From positions 56,296,001-56,360,000 of the forward strand of contig OZ286472.1 of NCBI GenBank assembly GCA_965644265.1: a DNA stretch of 64,000 bases. Direction: 5' to 3'. The notes under the pieces were generated by a model. That model was not told where the DNA came from. It made no database searches and was given only the letters and a program-made list of their open reading frames with translations. The translations under genes were made by a program, and so were the position numbers. Within the stretch, counting starts at the first letter, position 1, and the number at the start of each line of letters is the position of its first letter. This DNA is from Glycera tridactyla. Its lineage: Eukaryota. This document shows, piece by piece, positions 49,778 through 63,703 of this stretch.

Positions 49778-51666
49778 CACATAGAGGATCAGGATGGGGG
49801 TCCCAGTAAAGATGTCAGCATGAAATGTCAGTAGTGGCAGCAAGTTGTATTACAAGCATAGCAGGTAAAAACATGAGGTTTTTCACCCATTTACACAGGA
49901 ACCTTTGATTATTGAATGAAAATCATATTCACAGTGGTAGATGAATGATGGGATTTCACGATCAGATGTGAAAAATACCAGTGATTGCACCTCTTGAACT
50001 GCTGTAATTTGATTCAGGAAACATGATATATTCTCCCGCCAATATATCGGGAGTTACTCAAATCACGTGACTCAACTTCGATCCTGAAGTCATGTGACAA
50101 TGACACCAACACAGCACAGTAGCCATTCGCTGAGAAGAGAATCCTGATGGGTTCTGAAAGCTCCGACTTTCCAAAACCACTGTGAGTACCGTGAAACTTT
50201 TATCTTCAAAAACATGATATATGTTCTACAGTGCACTCCACGATGTGCAGCAAGTTTCTAACAAACCCCTAATTCTTTCAAAATAGTACCACAGGTCTCA
50301 ATATGATGATCACTAAGGGAAGTTTACCCGAAACCAATGGATATGACGATCTGGAATCCACCAGCCACATTTCAAGGGGTGAGAGTGCAATGAAAAGAGG
50401 GTGGGGAGGGGTGTGCAAATAAGTTTTCATGATAATTTCTCAGGTACCTTATCAACTGTTCAAATGACCAAGTTTGATGATACTGCTTGCCCAATTGACA
50501 TCTGCCAGATTATACTATCTCTCATCTTTGTGAAATAGGGAGATGGCAGACCCAGCAAACTCAAAATAGGTTTGGATACTGTGAGCCAATGGCCTCTTTC
50601 TGAAAAGCGATGGCCTCTTTCTGAAAAGCGATTCATCAGCTGGAGAGCAGCATGAAGGAGAAGCTATGCTCCTTACCAACATAGGAGGGACGATAAACAC
50701 CACCATGGGCGGGTGAAGGAGGGACCCCATAATCACTTACAAGCCAACAAGCTGCAGGTACTAGGTTAGTATTAGGATTATCGTGACTGGGGGAATTTTC
50801 TCAATTAGGTACCTGTTGCTGTGATACTGCGGGCCTGTGATCTAGGCATTCCACGAGTGCTGGCCGACATGCGTGATCAGTAGCTGACGACAGCCTCCAT
50901 GTCAGCAGTGCCGATAGCTCCAATCATGACCCGTCCATTACCAACCCTTCATTAAGTGTAAGCACACCCTGGAATCTCCCACATTTGTTCCACTCCAATG
51001 GCCTGGATCGGGATCAATCAGAGGGAAATTTTACCCTCTGCAAATGCCATATATTGGAAAGAATCTATTCATTAAACCTGCAACTAGCCAGCCCTCAAAT
51101 GAAACATTGGAATTGAATGAGCACAATTTCCTGACAAAAAGACAAAATCTACCTGTCCTAGAGTCATTGAGACTTGATCTTGTTAATGAAGACAAACTGG
51201 AAGTAAGGTGTTTATTGCTCATTTTTCCACAACATACAATGTTTGCACACTACAGGTCGTCAGTCAGTGAAATCAGAATTGCTTACAGCATAGAGTCAAG
51301 GAGAAAGACAAAACTGACAGAGTTTATACCAGGTGAACTCAGCATCACGATCAACACAGGTAGAAAAAAACGCTCACATCTCTCAACAGAAACCTCCAGA
51401 ATACAGACCACCCTCCTTGCAAGAACCATCCACAGAACAATTTCTTGAATCTGTCCAATAGCCTCTGTGTTATCCAAAAATGAGATAGGGCAATGCCTTT
51501 GCATTCAAGCACATACATTCAATATTATTCCAAGAGGAAGAATCTGAGCTAAGAAAATGCCTCGAATGTTCAATGGATCTGATAAGTCGGAAAAAAGTAG
51601 ATATAACAGTGAATATTCTTGTCCATAGAAAACAGAAAAAGGAGGCAAAACCAACCATATCATATA

Positions 51667-51846
51667 CAGTGAAACCTGTCTTGGGAGAGACCCCTCTTTT
51701 GGAAGACCACCCTCTAATGGAAGACCGCTCTTTATCGGCTCTTCTCTATTTGTCATAGTCAAATATACCTCCAATGAGAGACCACCTCTCTTGAGAGACC
51801 ACTTTTTGTTGGCGTTTGGGGCGGTCTCCCAAGACAGGTTTTACTG
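51667..51846. mobile_element. MITE subfamily A, opposite orientation to 1437-1614 (180 bp)
   Basis: CAGTGAAACCTGTCTT...AAGACAGGTTTTACTG, TA flanks; the interior is the reverse complement of 1437-1614. Confidence 0.9.
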
Positions 51847-51848
51847 TA

Positions 51849-52010
51849 TAGTCAAATTAGTCAATAAAGACCACCTTTGGTTGCATCAAAATGTGATCTC
51901 TATAGTAGAGGTCATTTATAATAGAAAATACCATCATGATTTCAGCTTAGGGTGACTTTTGTAGGCAGGTGGTCTTTGACCAGAGATGGATCCATGAGCA
52001 TGTTTAACTG
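51849..52010. mobile_element. MITE subfamily C, diverged, directly abutting the subfamily A copy
   Basis: Starts after the shared TA at 51847-51848; AATAAAGACCACCTTTGGTTGCATCAAAA interior; ATGTTTAACTG end. Confidence 0.65.
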
Positions 52011-55000
52011 CAATTCTTACATCACCTGTAGCCAGATAAACTGTCAAATCACGATCAACAAAAGATTATGAGAAACTTGCGATTTAAGCACATGGAACAG
52101 ACTATACATACCAACACTTATAGCTGGAACAATCCCGCATTTCTGCCAAATTTCTGCCACATCTCGGCAGCTGATATGATCATCCTGTTGCTATTGGATA
52201 CAGCTGACCTCCAAGGCCCCTCCAGATACATCATTGTATCAGGTGCCTTACCCCACCACCACCTGATATCTCATTGAATGATTGGACAAGCTATGAAAAA
52301 AAGCTGACAGTTTCTGCTGAACTATGAAATTGGAAACATCACCCTGTTTGTATGACTTAGCAACTGTTTCGAAAGGAGATGAAGGCTGATACATTTTCAT
52401 GAGCAATTTTTATGATCTCTCCAAGATATTCATGCTATACAATAAACCACCATCAGGAGGCCAGAAAGTTCGTGCTCAAGACAGGTTCTAGGATAAGAAT
52501 CCAAAAATGTCACTACCTTTCAGACAATCCGAAGTCATATGATGGGGAACCAATGCTAAACTGGCGTCACAAAATGGTAGTTTCTAATTCATTCTTTACT
52601 TTAACTATCTTTCAACACACAGGACATGAGAAATGTGTGGCACATTCCCACCTCTATGAGCGATATATACTTAGTTTGGCTAGGGGTGTGTTGAGTTTGT
52701 TCCTGGCAACACCAAAAAAGTTTGTTCCTGAAATAATTTACCCAGCCTCCACCCCATGTGGCTGAATATAATAAAAGGGTTCCTCAAGAACCCTCCTCCT
52801 GGATAATCCACTGTGCAAGTGATTAGTGCCCCAGTAAGAGAGAAGGAAAACCTTATGAGAGCTGCCATGAGGCAGGCAGGTTGTTGCCAGCATGGGGCAG
52901 CAAAATATTTATAAAAACTCAAAACTCCCAAACATTTGTCGGACATCTGCTGCATATGTTAGTAAATCCATCATAGAATCTCATCAACTACTGTATTCCC
53001 CCTAATTAGTGCCCTGACCCTCATTAGGTGGGTGAATGCTACACAGCTCTTCTTAGAGGAAAAATCCAAATAAATGAAGGATCCACACAAGATTGGGGTA
53101 GATAGGTGATGATTTCTGTTGAGGATATGCAGGCAATGATGGAGGAGGATGGAGAGAAGAATGATAACTCGATGATGAACTGATGAACGAAGAGGTTCTC
53201 CCATCACTAACCTATACAATAATGAGCTTATACATCTTCTCCAATCATCCATGTACTGGGATAAGATATATATCTCATCACAACAGCATACTCCTCCACC
53301 ATTCTGGTATGAAAACATGCAGATAAATTTATTAGTGACAACCAACTGACTGATGATCACCCTCTATAAATAACTCTCCCATGTTTGTAATTAGTATAAC
53401 TGTCCATGTTTTTTGTAGAAATTTGAATGACTACCCAGAGATGTTTTTAGTTGCTATATAGTATTCAGACAAAGCAGTTGCACCTAATGGTGCCTAAGGT
53501 TCTTTCCTATTTGACATAGTCAAATAAACTTCCAATGCGAGACCACCTCTCTTGAGAGGCCATTCGTGTATGACATTTGGGGTGGTCTCCCAAGAGAGGT
53601 TTTACTGTACTTTGATTCAGCAGTTTCAAGATTGTCCAGTTCTGAAAAATTTGACCTCTCAGTTGAGAGGAATAGAGGGAGAGGGATGGTTGGAGGGAAG
53701 GAAGGGATGAAGAAAGCTGGCTGGAAGGATTATAAATCTATATCCTACAATAGTGTTAGTCTATATCGTAAAGTTCACAGGAACCAGAGACTGTCGCAAT
53801 GAACAGGAAAATTGAACAGGGAAATTCCAATGCCAATAGTGATTAATGTCATCGGATATTCAACCATCCTTTACCAATTCCAAGATTGTTCACAAGGAAT
53901 GTTGGTATTGAACACCGATGTGCTTTATCTCAAGGCAATACGCCAGCCAGCGATGGCACTTAGATCTAAAGAAGAGGATGCCCAGAGGCTATTTACAGAC
54001 TCCTCACATCCTACTCTCGATGCACATCAGATGCGGGACAAAAATGTGCAAAGCACTTCAAAGTGTTCAACACCAGCAACACCGATAAAGATCTCTGACT
54101 GTAATACAGAAGATAAGTGACACTATAAATCAGCAATATGATTAGAGACCCACGGGCATGTTCCGATAAAGCTTGATAAAATAGGTCAACCTCACTAGCC
54201 ACCTGTGAGGGGTAGCTACCCTCTGAGGGATACCGTGGTTATCTAGAGCACTTACACAGTTCCCGTACTTTGGTTATCTAGGATAAATATTCAATTCCTG
54301 CAGCTCACAAACTTGAAGTTGATAATCATAATCATCCTGAATTTTGACTGGCAAACGAAGAAATAATAGATACATATTCTTTGCCTTGAATGAAATGTGT
54401 CCCACAGCTGGGAATGCTTGAGGTTGTGGTAGCCTAACAACTACAAGCCAGCAGGAAATGACATCACTGACAGGTGTCTATCACATGTTTTCCCCTCTGA
54501 AATTTCATCCATATGGTCAGTCAACTGCGAATACCCTCATGTGCATGAACCATAGTGGCCCACAACAAGGGGTCATATGTGTCAAATAATTGTACTCCTG
54601 GGAGTCTCAAGTAATGTCAAGCCAAGTGAAATTGATTAGAATTATCACACATATGTTTACTACAGCTACCCAGGCTGCTGAAAATGTTGATAAAATATGA
54701 GAAGTTTCAACAAGTGTACACATCACTGATATTGATTCATTGCTCCCAATCAAAATACTACTACATGTAAGCTGTGTTTTTATGTGAAAGGCAAGAATTA
54801 GTGGAAAGTCAAATTTGGCAAAGTGAAGGGTGTTACATTCTGATGTTTATTCCAGTGGTCTTCACCAAGAGGATTGCATTGAGACATTGGTGACATTTAG
54901 GGTGGTCTCCTATCGCCTTTCACTGTATCATATTCATAACATGGCAATGCATGGCATTATTGCAGGCCATAACAAAGATGTTGAGGGTTCATTTTCCATA

Positions 55001-55534
55001 GTTCGTTGGCTGTATCTTCCAAGATGGCACTCAACTATAGATGCTACCATCTATGACTCAACCCCAAAGTGAGTTTATCTCCCACTCAAGCGTGATATCA
55101 AGCATGAAACTCAGTGTGGTTAATTTAAATCATGTAGCAAAGGGTTTAGGAGCTTATATTCACTCACAAAGAGTCTCTTCTTAACAATGTTTGGTTTACA
55201 GCTAACAAGCTTACCATTAGGAATGGTATACCAGTTACATAAGTTGACCAACTGGGAGCTGGGTTGAAGAATACAAGCAATAATTCGCTGTGAATCGCAA
55301 TTTCATTCACAATTCTAATCCGGTACTCAATCACATCCAATCCTGGTGTTATTTTGGCATTTGATTGGCCCACCGACACACTTATCCTTCTCTGTAAGAA
55401 TAGCTGCCACATTTTAATAAGGGTCACCACCAGCATTTCACACATGAATGTGCTTCACACACTGGCTACTGTTGAGGCTTCAAAAATTGCTATTTTGCCC
55501 TGATGATATGACCAGACAAAAGTCATAACAGAAG

Positions 55535-55762
55535 TGTGTTTGTTTAAGATTGAACGGTATGTATCTGCATGTATCAACACAGAGGATTATGTATGTCTTG
55601 TGTTCCTGGTCAATGAAAGCTAAATGTTCAGGTATCACTTACACAAACCCTGAACACAAGATGATGGGGAACCTGGTAGGTTGTCGATTGGAAGTAGCTG
55701 GCAGTTCAGACACACCTCTACCTATTCAATGTGAACATACTATACATAATGATGGCATATAT
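55535..55762 (-). mobile_element. SINE-like 3' fragment
   Basis: Aligns with 58579-58816 over ~220 bp. Confidence 0.7.
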
Positions 55763-58578
55763 TGATCTGACTTCTGACTTCTTTTTTTTTGTATCATCAA
55801 TATGTATAATGAGAAACATCTACACATGAAGGTACCTCTAGAGAGGTGTATCTCCGGACAGATGTTATTCACCAATTCAACTTCTTACAATATATTTTGA
55901 AATGAAAGACAATAAATTCTACTGCTGACTGACCGTGTAGAAGACGATGTGTAGAAGACGATGCCAGCAGCAGCTGCACTGATGATGGTGACAACGCCGG
56001 CAACAACGATGACAACAAGAATGGTGATGGCACAAATTTCACTAATGATGTGCACACAGCACACATTTCTTGCATCTGCCCAAGTCAGCCTTAATTTTGA
56101 TAAAAACTAAGACCAGGTGCCTGAATTTGAATAGGAGAGTAGCTTCAATACAAATGGACGTTTGCTTCACCGTTTCTGTTCCTGCTCTACCTTCTTACTT
56201 CATGGGAGATCTTATAATATTATAGTCAGTATGATTTGAAAGGACATAGTATCTGGTGGGTTCTACCCTTGGTTTTTTGGCCGATTTAACCTATTTCCAG
56301 TAGAATGAGTTACCAAGGTAAAAGCTACATGCCATCTCCACCTATGAGTGCCTGTGTACACATTGTTTACACAAACACTGACATTATGCTAACACTGTCA
56401 TTACCATTTCACAAAAACCTGCAGCCAACTTCAACATCCACTTCACCCCAGCACTCCTGCTTGCTCAAACCAAATCAACATACCAGCACACCCATGTTGA
56501 TTTAACTCTCACATAACCAAGTTGCTACCGGAAGGTGTTTCAACCACAGTGATGTCAATGGGATGGAGCTGAATTTTCGGAAATATGGAAACATTTTCTG
56601 AAACTAACCCCACATATCATAGATAGTATTTGTTCTGAAACTCCCAACTAGATTTTAGCCATTTCTGAAATTATTATTTTTCACCCAATTTTCCGATTTC
56701 CGAAAATTTCCGGAAAATTGGCACTACAGCAAACAATTCAAAGGGGCACAGAAGCATCAGAAAACACTACACTCGATAGTATAGGTCCTTATTATGTATT
56801 CAAAATTACCTTCAACTTAAGTGCATCTCATCAATATCAATATAAACTTTCTGTGAATACTATACTGATTTGAAAGCAGTTGCCAGAAATGTAGTGAATC
56901 CAAGTGATGTTCAAATTTTCAACAAGGAAGTGTATGATTTCAAAGAATGCAATTTGTACATTCAAATGGTGTATTGGGTATTGGTGTATTTCATCTGACT
57001 GATCAATCCGAACAAAATTGATAAAATCCAGCCAAATTCAAGACATCTGTCAAATTTTGCAAGCTGATTGCCAGTGTATGTGCATGAAAATAAATCAACC
57101 TTTCTTGAAAGTGGTGATCTTACTAAAAGAATATGTAATTTGCTCACTTCCTTGATAGAAGCTAGTAAATTTTGCTAACGCTGGTTCATTCCCATTACCG
57201 ATGTTTCCTGAAATTTCTGTTGATCTCGAACAAAAGCCATCACCTCCCCATGGGATAGAAGATAAGACACATCACCCTACTTGCTGATAGAAGTGAACTG
57301 CCTCAGCAAGATGGTGGGCCAACTTTTCCCACTTCATTCTTGAGTCCTGTGACGATGGTGGTACATATCATCCACTAATCAGGAATCCTCCATTTCCATA
57401 CACCATTTCACATTTGTATTAGTCCAAGATGATGAATTCTTTCTTATAAATGCTTATCTTGAGTTACATTTTACTGTTGCTCTGTATTATTTAGCACATG
57501 GTATATAGTTATATCATCCCTTATATCATATATACTTGCACTATTTGTATGTCTCACCCAGTAATTGGAAAATGTAATGTACAATTGACTGGAACAACTG
57601 TTGCAGCACCTCATCTAGAATTTTTCTACCTGTTATCTGTGGCAGTAGACTATCAAGGTGTTACAATTTATCGAAATCACACCATAGGCGGTCTACGTAC
57701 CATGAGGCTGTTACACATAGGTCAGCAGGAAATTGAAGTTTAAATCCTATGTGAGAAAAGCCAATGTTAGCATGGCTGTNNNNNNNNNNNNNNNNNNNNN
57801 NNNNNNNNNNNNNNNNNNNNNNNNNNNNNNNNNNNNNNNNNNNNNNNNNNNNNNNNNNNNNNNNNNNNNNNNNNNNNNNNNNNNNNNNNNNNNNNNNNNN
57901 NNNNNNNNNNNNNNNNNNNNNNNNNNNNNNNNNNNNNNNNNNNNNNNNNNNNNNNNNNNNNNNNNNNNNNNNNNNNNNNNNNNNNNNNNNNNNNNNNNNN
58001 NNNNNNNNNNNNNNNNNNNNNNNNNNNNNNNNNNNNNNNNNNNNNNNNNNNNNNNGATTTCCCTTAGCAACCACCTACAGTACTCTGATTTCAGATATAC
58101 CTAGACATAAGTGATAAGCCTGCAGACACACCTACTCATATCACCCATGACACCTCATCCAGAATGGCTCCAACACAGACCTCGATCTTAAGTGAATCTC
58201 ACCACAAAGACGCCAACATGAAGAGTAATCATTCCCTGAATAAGTGGGTGATGCTGCAGGCATTTGTGCTTGTGTTTGGTTACCTTGACAGAGCATTCTT
58301 TCCCTCTCTCTTGTGCATTCTTTCCCCCTCTCTAAGGAAGAGTGCTGCATTCTTGGACTGGGGTAATCATCTGAGTTATCTCAATGCTGACAGAAAAAAA
58401 AATCATTTAACCTGTTATTAGCAGCTACTACACTAAGCAGCAAACTGTCCTAAGCAACCACTATACTTTATCAGCCCTAAGCAGCCATTCATCCCAAACA
58501 GCCACATTTATTCTCCCCAAGGATGGCTGCTTAGTACAGGTTTGACTGGACTGCTATAATAATAGGCAGCCATGAAAG

Positions 58579-58820
58579 GTTTGTTTGTTTGTTTGTTTGT
58601 ATGTTTAACGGCATGTATCAACCTTAGGGTTATGTGTTCCTGGTCAACGCCATGGTTAACGAAAGCTAGATGTTCTCTCCCCTGCAGACATCTCTCTCAC
58701 AAACCCTGAACACAAGATTATGGGGAACCTGAAAGGTTGTCAAGTGGAAGTAGCTAACAGTTCAGACACACCCCTACCTACTCTTCATGAACAAACTGAA
58801 TCTAATGATGGCATATCTCA
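58579..58820 (-). mobile_element. SINE-like 3' fragment with (AAAC)n tail
   Basis: Longest copy of the family; (TTTG)5 on + followed by the shared core. Confidence 0.72.
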
Positions 58821-61800
58821 CGATGTAACTGGCTGGAAGCTAACAACCAAGCCTGATAGCAATGCTTTTTGTTTTTGCAAAGCACAGCACTTGAGAGGAA
58901 GTGACCAACATCTGAATTCCTGACACAAACAGTAATATGGACTGATTTGTTGTTGAGTTAATGGCATGTTGCAGGCAAAAGGTTTATGAGGCCCTTTTTA
59001 TCAATCTGTAATACAAGGGCATCACATCCTCACAGGTGTAGAGGAGCCATGAAGGTCATCCCATGGGACTGTCAGTTCATACACATCTCTACATCTACAC
59101 CTCACCACACTCGTGTATGCATTGGCTAAGACTGAATATATAATTGACCAGAAGCTGTGGCACTCTACCACCAGAAAAAAATGTTAGCATCCCTGAAATT
59201 ATAGGATGCGTTTATCAATCGATTTCAGACATTATAGCCCAAGGTTGAAGATGCCCCTGAGTCCATCTTGCCTTGTGTATATGTATTTGCTTTCCATTGC
59301 TCCGGTGGTATGTCCACTTGTATGCAAATCAACAGAAAGAGTTCAAGGTATCGCTGCAAGGGCGGAGCTGTTTCCAATCTGGCAGCAGGGGTACTGCCGA
59401 ATACAATTACCTTCAGGAATCCCCATCTGCTGGGAGGCTAAGTATTCCACCACAACCCCGCAAAATCCGATCAAAATACCCCAAAGATATTGCAAGAAAA
59501 AAAAGCATGAAGATTCCTATCTCATAACATAAATTTGGATATTGAACAAACCTGATGACATGGAATATCCTCAAGAATCATGAATATTTCTCAGGCATAA
59601 TCTTCAAATTTTATGAGCTGTTGAAATCTAAGTTAATCCTATAATCAGAAAATATTGGGTGATGAAGTCATCTCACATGCTGAATGTATCTTCTTTACGC
59701 AAACTTTTCGTAATCCAATATCATAAAACTGGAAACTGATTAGTGCACCTGACTCTGAGACTTGAAAGTAGCGACTAGACCATCACCCTGCTAAAATGAG
59801 TGACTACACATCCCTTATGAGCAGCTATATTATTTAATAGACAAACTTTTTTTTTGAGGATATGATGCCAACATTTTTAACGATATATTGGGTTGAGAGG
59901 GTGGCGAGATTTATAATAACGGAGAAGCACCCTGTGAAAATGTTTTATGTTGTCCTGCTGAGCTCACATGCTGATCTCAGAATGCCAGCCAGCTCTCGTA
60001 GATCTTAGCAAGTCAGGGTTCCTCATAGATCCATCGTTATATGTCCCACCTGTCACTCAGCAACGAGGCTGCCAATAACGATAACTACGGCATTTCTCCA
60101 GATAGTTGCATCGAAGGCCTACAATAGTGAGAGATGATGATGACGAAATGTCATCCTATGCAGAAAACCAATTGGCTGATTGTTTCATCTGTATCTGGTA
60201 TTTGTTGGGCTTTTCCCAACATATATGCTATAGCATGCTATGAATAATCCAGATGAGGATTGGTACAGTCAGTTCCCCTTTTTTTGTGGCACATGATTAT
60301 CGATTATAATTATTCGAAATGTGCATCAAAGAGGGAAATAAGTATGCCGCTACTTACAATGGATATTGTCGCTGATATATATCTCTTCACATTTCACCCT
60401 TTCCGCCATTGTTTGTGAGTGAAATCGTACGTCATAGAAGCAAAGCCAGGCTTATCTATTGCCGCATCATGACGCATCAGTTGAATGTGCAACACTGCCA
60501 GTTGACCTGTGAACTCAATTATGACATCATGAAGTGATTCCCCGTGTCAGTGAGTGCACACGTCATATGAAGGAAAAAAATAACTGTGCCAAATCCGACC
60601 ATGTGTCTTGGCGAAAGTACGTATTTCAGTAGATTTCTATTCAGGTCAATACCCGCTTCAAACAATGTTCGTCAAATAAACACTAGCATGTGAGTCCAGC
60701 AGAGTGATTTGCGAAAAACAGGTGCCACAAAAATAGGCAAACTGACAGTAGTTGCTGTATCAACGGTAAACATCTTCATTTGAGTCACCAAATCATGACG
60801 GTATCATAAAAGTATAAATATATCAAGGAGGGATAGGCTCAAGGAAAATATATTGTAGAAATAAGACAGACCACAACCTGGGCTAATCATGGAAGTATGG
60901 GAATAGCCATGGTGATGAATAGCAAATTGCAGGCTTTGCATTTGTGTGCAACTGGCCAAGATGACCTTGATGTGGGCTGAGGTCAGCCGTGTGGGATGCA
61001 GGGTCAGCTGATGATGAAGCCGAGAAGATGGATTCCAGGATCATCACAGCCACTGCTTTCTGCAGATCCTCTCACGTGGAGACTTACAGACCTGGGTGGG
61101 GTTGGGATGGGCGTGGGAGTTGGGGGGGGGGGGGGGGGGGGCAATATTCATAGCACGATAGTGGACTGCCTACTTGAGAGCATCTGGGGCTCNNNNNNNN
61201 NNNNNNNNNNNNNNNNNNNNNNNNNNNNNNNNNNNNNNNNNNNNNNNNNNNNNNNNNNNNNNNNNNNNNNNNNNNNNNNNNNNNNNNNNNNNNNNNNNNN
61301 NNNNNNNNNNNNNNNNNNNNNNNNNNNNNNNNNNNNNNNNNNNNNNNNNNNNNNNNNNNNNNNNNNNNNNNNNNNNNNNNNNNNNNNNNNNNNNNNNNNN
61401 NNNNNNNNNNNNNNNNNNNNNNNNNNNNNNNNNNNNNNNNNNNNNNNNTCACTCGAAAACACACACACACCCTCACAACACATACCCTCACTCGCACACA
61501 TGGCACATATTTGATAATTCTGGCCACGGTTCCTTCATGGCGCTGGTCTGACCTCTCCACGGGAGAAAATATTAGCATGTCAACAAGGTTAGACAGGATC
61601 AAGACCATCAAGCCGATCTCCGTGTTTAGACGGACACTCAATAAGTGACATCTGTCTGGCAATCGGCCAACTTACTGTCAATACTTCTCCCTAAATCCTA
61701 ACCCAATCATACATCCAGAAAAATATTAGTGCCAAGTGAGGTTGATGTACGAGATCTGGAAATGTCCATGTCAATTCCAGGATCCACCTAGCTTAAGCAA

Positions 61801-62661
61801 CCTTATTCGAAACCTGATATATAGATTCCAACATGATTACCCGTCTGGGTGAAGAGAAATTTGATGCTCAAAAGTTCACAATGTTCAATCTTTCTTGCTG
61901 ACTGAAAGAGAACGAATGTTCAAGCATCCAAATTTGGTGGATCCGATCCTGAGATACAGATGATCCTGAGATTCCCAGATATCTTGTCTGAACGAGATAT
62001 CTCATCTGATACCAAGATATCGTGCTATGCCAACATCAACAGACAAGGGGTTAAAACAATCATCACCTACACAAATGTATCCTTCCGCATGTGATTCTTC
62101 ATTCTTGGGAAAACTGCCACAGCAGAAATCCATCCATTTCCTGCACAATATTGATGTAGAAACAATCAATCAAAAAACCGACTTTCATTCCTGTTTTCCT
62201 CCATCCACCAAAACTGTTTGATGCCAGATACATGCAGGTGTGATAGCCGAATCTTCTTTGGTTTTTCTCCAATTTCACACCTTTTGCACATGCATATTCA
62301 AAGGACTACAATACCTGATAACATAAAACTCTGCTTGGAGCATGATTTTGTAGCTTCCAAGCTCTGAAAATCATGCTTTCAAAAAAGAATTTGTGAAGCA
62401 TACAGAAGAAAGGAGTAGAATACAGAAATATCCATGACTAAACTTAATAAATCTGGGTGATAAAGATGAGGAATCTCTATTCCCTGGTAAAATGATAATG
62501 CCACTAATTCACAATATTTAGCAATTCTCTGACAAAAAGGAATCAGAAGGATCCTAAAGCTCCACCTTCCTGATTCAACTGTTAGTATGGTGAAGCTCAT
62601 CTCCACAACGTTTCAGAATAGTAGCTAGAAATTCCCCAATGAGAACCAGATGTTGCACATA

Positions 62662-62839
62662 CAGTTGAACTTGACCTAAGCAAGACTTGTACGAAGCAAA
62701 AACTTGTCCTAAGCAACAGGATTCTGCTCATCCCACCAGAGTATTTTTCACTTTATCTGACATGAACTAAGCCCGAACATGCTCTAAGCACACACCTTTT
62801 TCATGACCTGCGGCTTCATGCTTAGGACAAGTTTGACTG
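62662..62839. mobile_element. MITE subfamily D (CTAAGCA motif), 178 bp
   Basis: CAGTTGAACTTG...CAAGTTTGACTG, TA flanks. Related fragments at ~25070-25235 and ~58430-58550. Confidence 0.8.
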
Positions 62840-63499
62840 TATGTCCTGAGTGGTCTAATTTTAGTGACAAGGTCACCACTATGACATCACAATAGTCATG
62901 GTTAGTTCCATAGATGGGATATCAGGAATGGCACATTATATGTCCATGACTCTTCCATCATTTCACCATCCCTGTGGAAGCCATGATGAGGGATCCCCAT
63001 TGATTCCAGCCCATGCACATTGCATGGCCATTTCAAAGTAGCACTGGGAGCTTATATGGCATTGAACCACAAATAAGCAAGCCATTGTGGAGAATTCAGT
63101 GTAGCTAAATGGCATCTTGTCTTGCTCAGCAATGGCATCTTCAACTGCATTCATTGATGACAAACAGAGAAGACCAGCATCCCATTTCACAGAAGGGTAA
63201 GAGCACACTGAAAGCAATAGTATCTGAGAGCACCTGTGTCATTATGTAATGGTGAAATAGTACCCAGATCCAACATTCAATCCTCCGGCTAATAAGCAGC
63301 ATTGTGGAAATCATAAATTATGCCTGCATAATGCAGATAATGCAGGTAATCATGGAGAGGATGATGATGATTATTAAACTGTTATGAATGACAGGTAAGT
63401 TATGATTTACAATCTCAACGGGTTTTGTGGGTTATATCATGATGTGGTTTCTGCTACCCTATGTGACCAATGACCCTGCCATTGCTGACACCAGAACCA

Positions 63500-63703
63500 T
63501 TATCACCACCACAACCACCACCACCACCACCTCCAGTACCACCACCACCACCATCACCACCACTGCAATGAGTGCCAACATCAACAGCACCATCACAGCT
63601 ACCACCATGACCATGACCACCACAAAAATAAGCACCACCACTGCCACTGCCACCACCACCACCACCACCACCACCACCACCACCACCACCACCACCACCA
63701 CCA
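63500..63703. repeat. (ACC)n trinucleotide low-complexity tract
   Basis: Seen directly; explains the poly-T/G/V ORFs. Confidence 0.95.

Noticed and set aside
63130-63196. 67-nt plus-strand candidate exon (CAG...GG/GTAAGA)
   Set aside because: One frame is open, but it is too short and has no homology or partner exon to support it.
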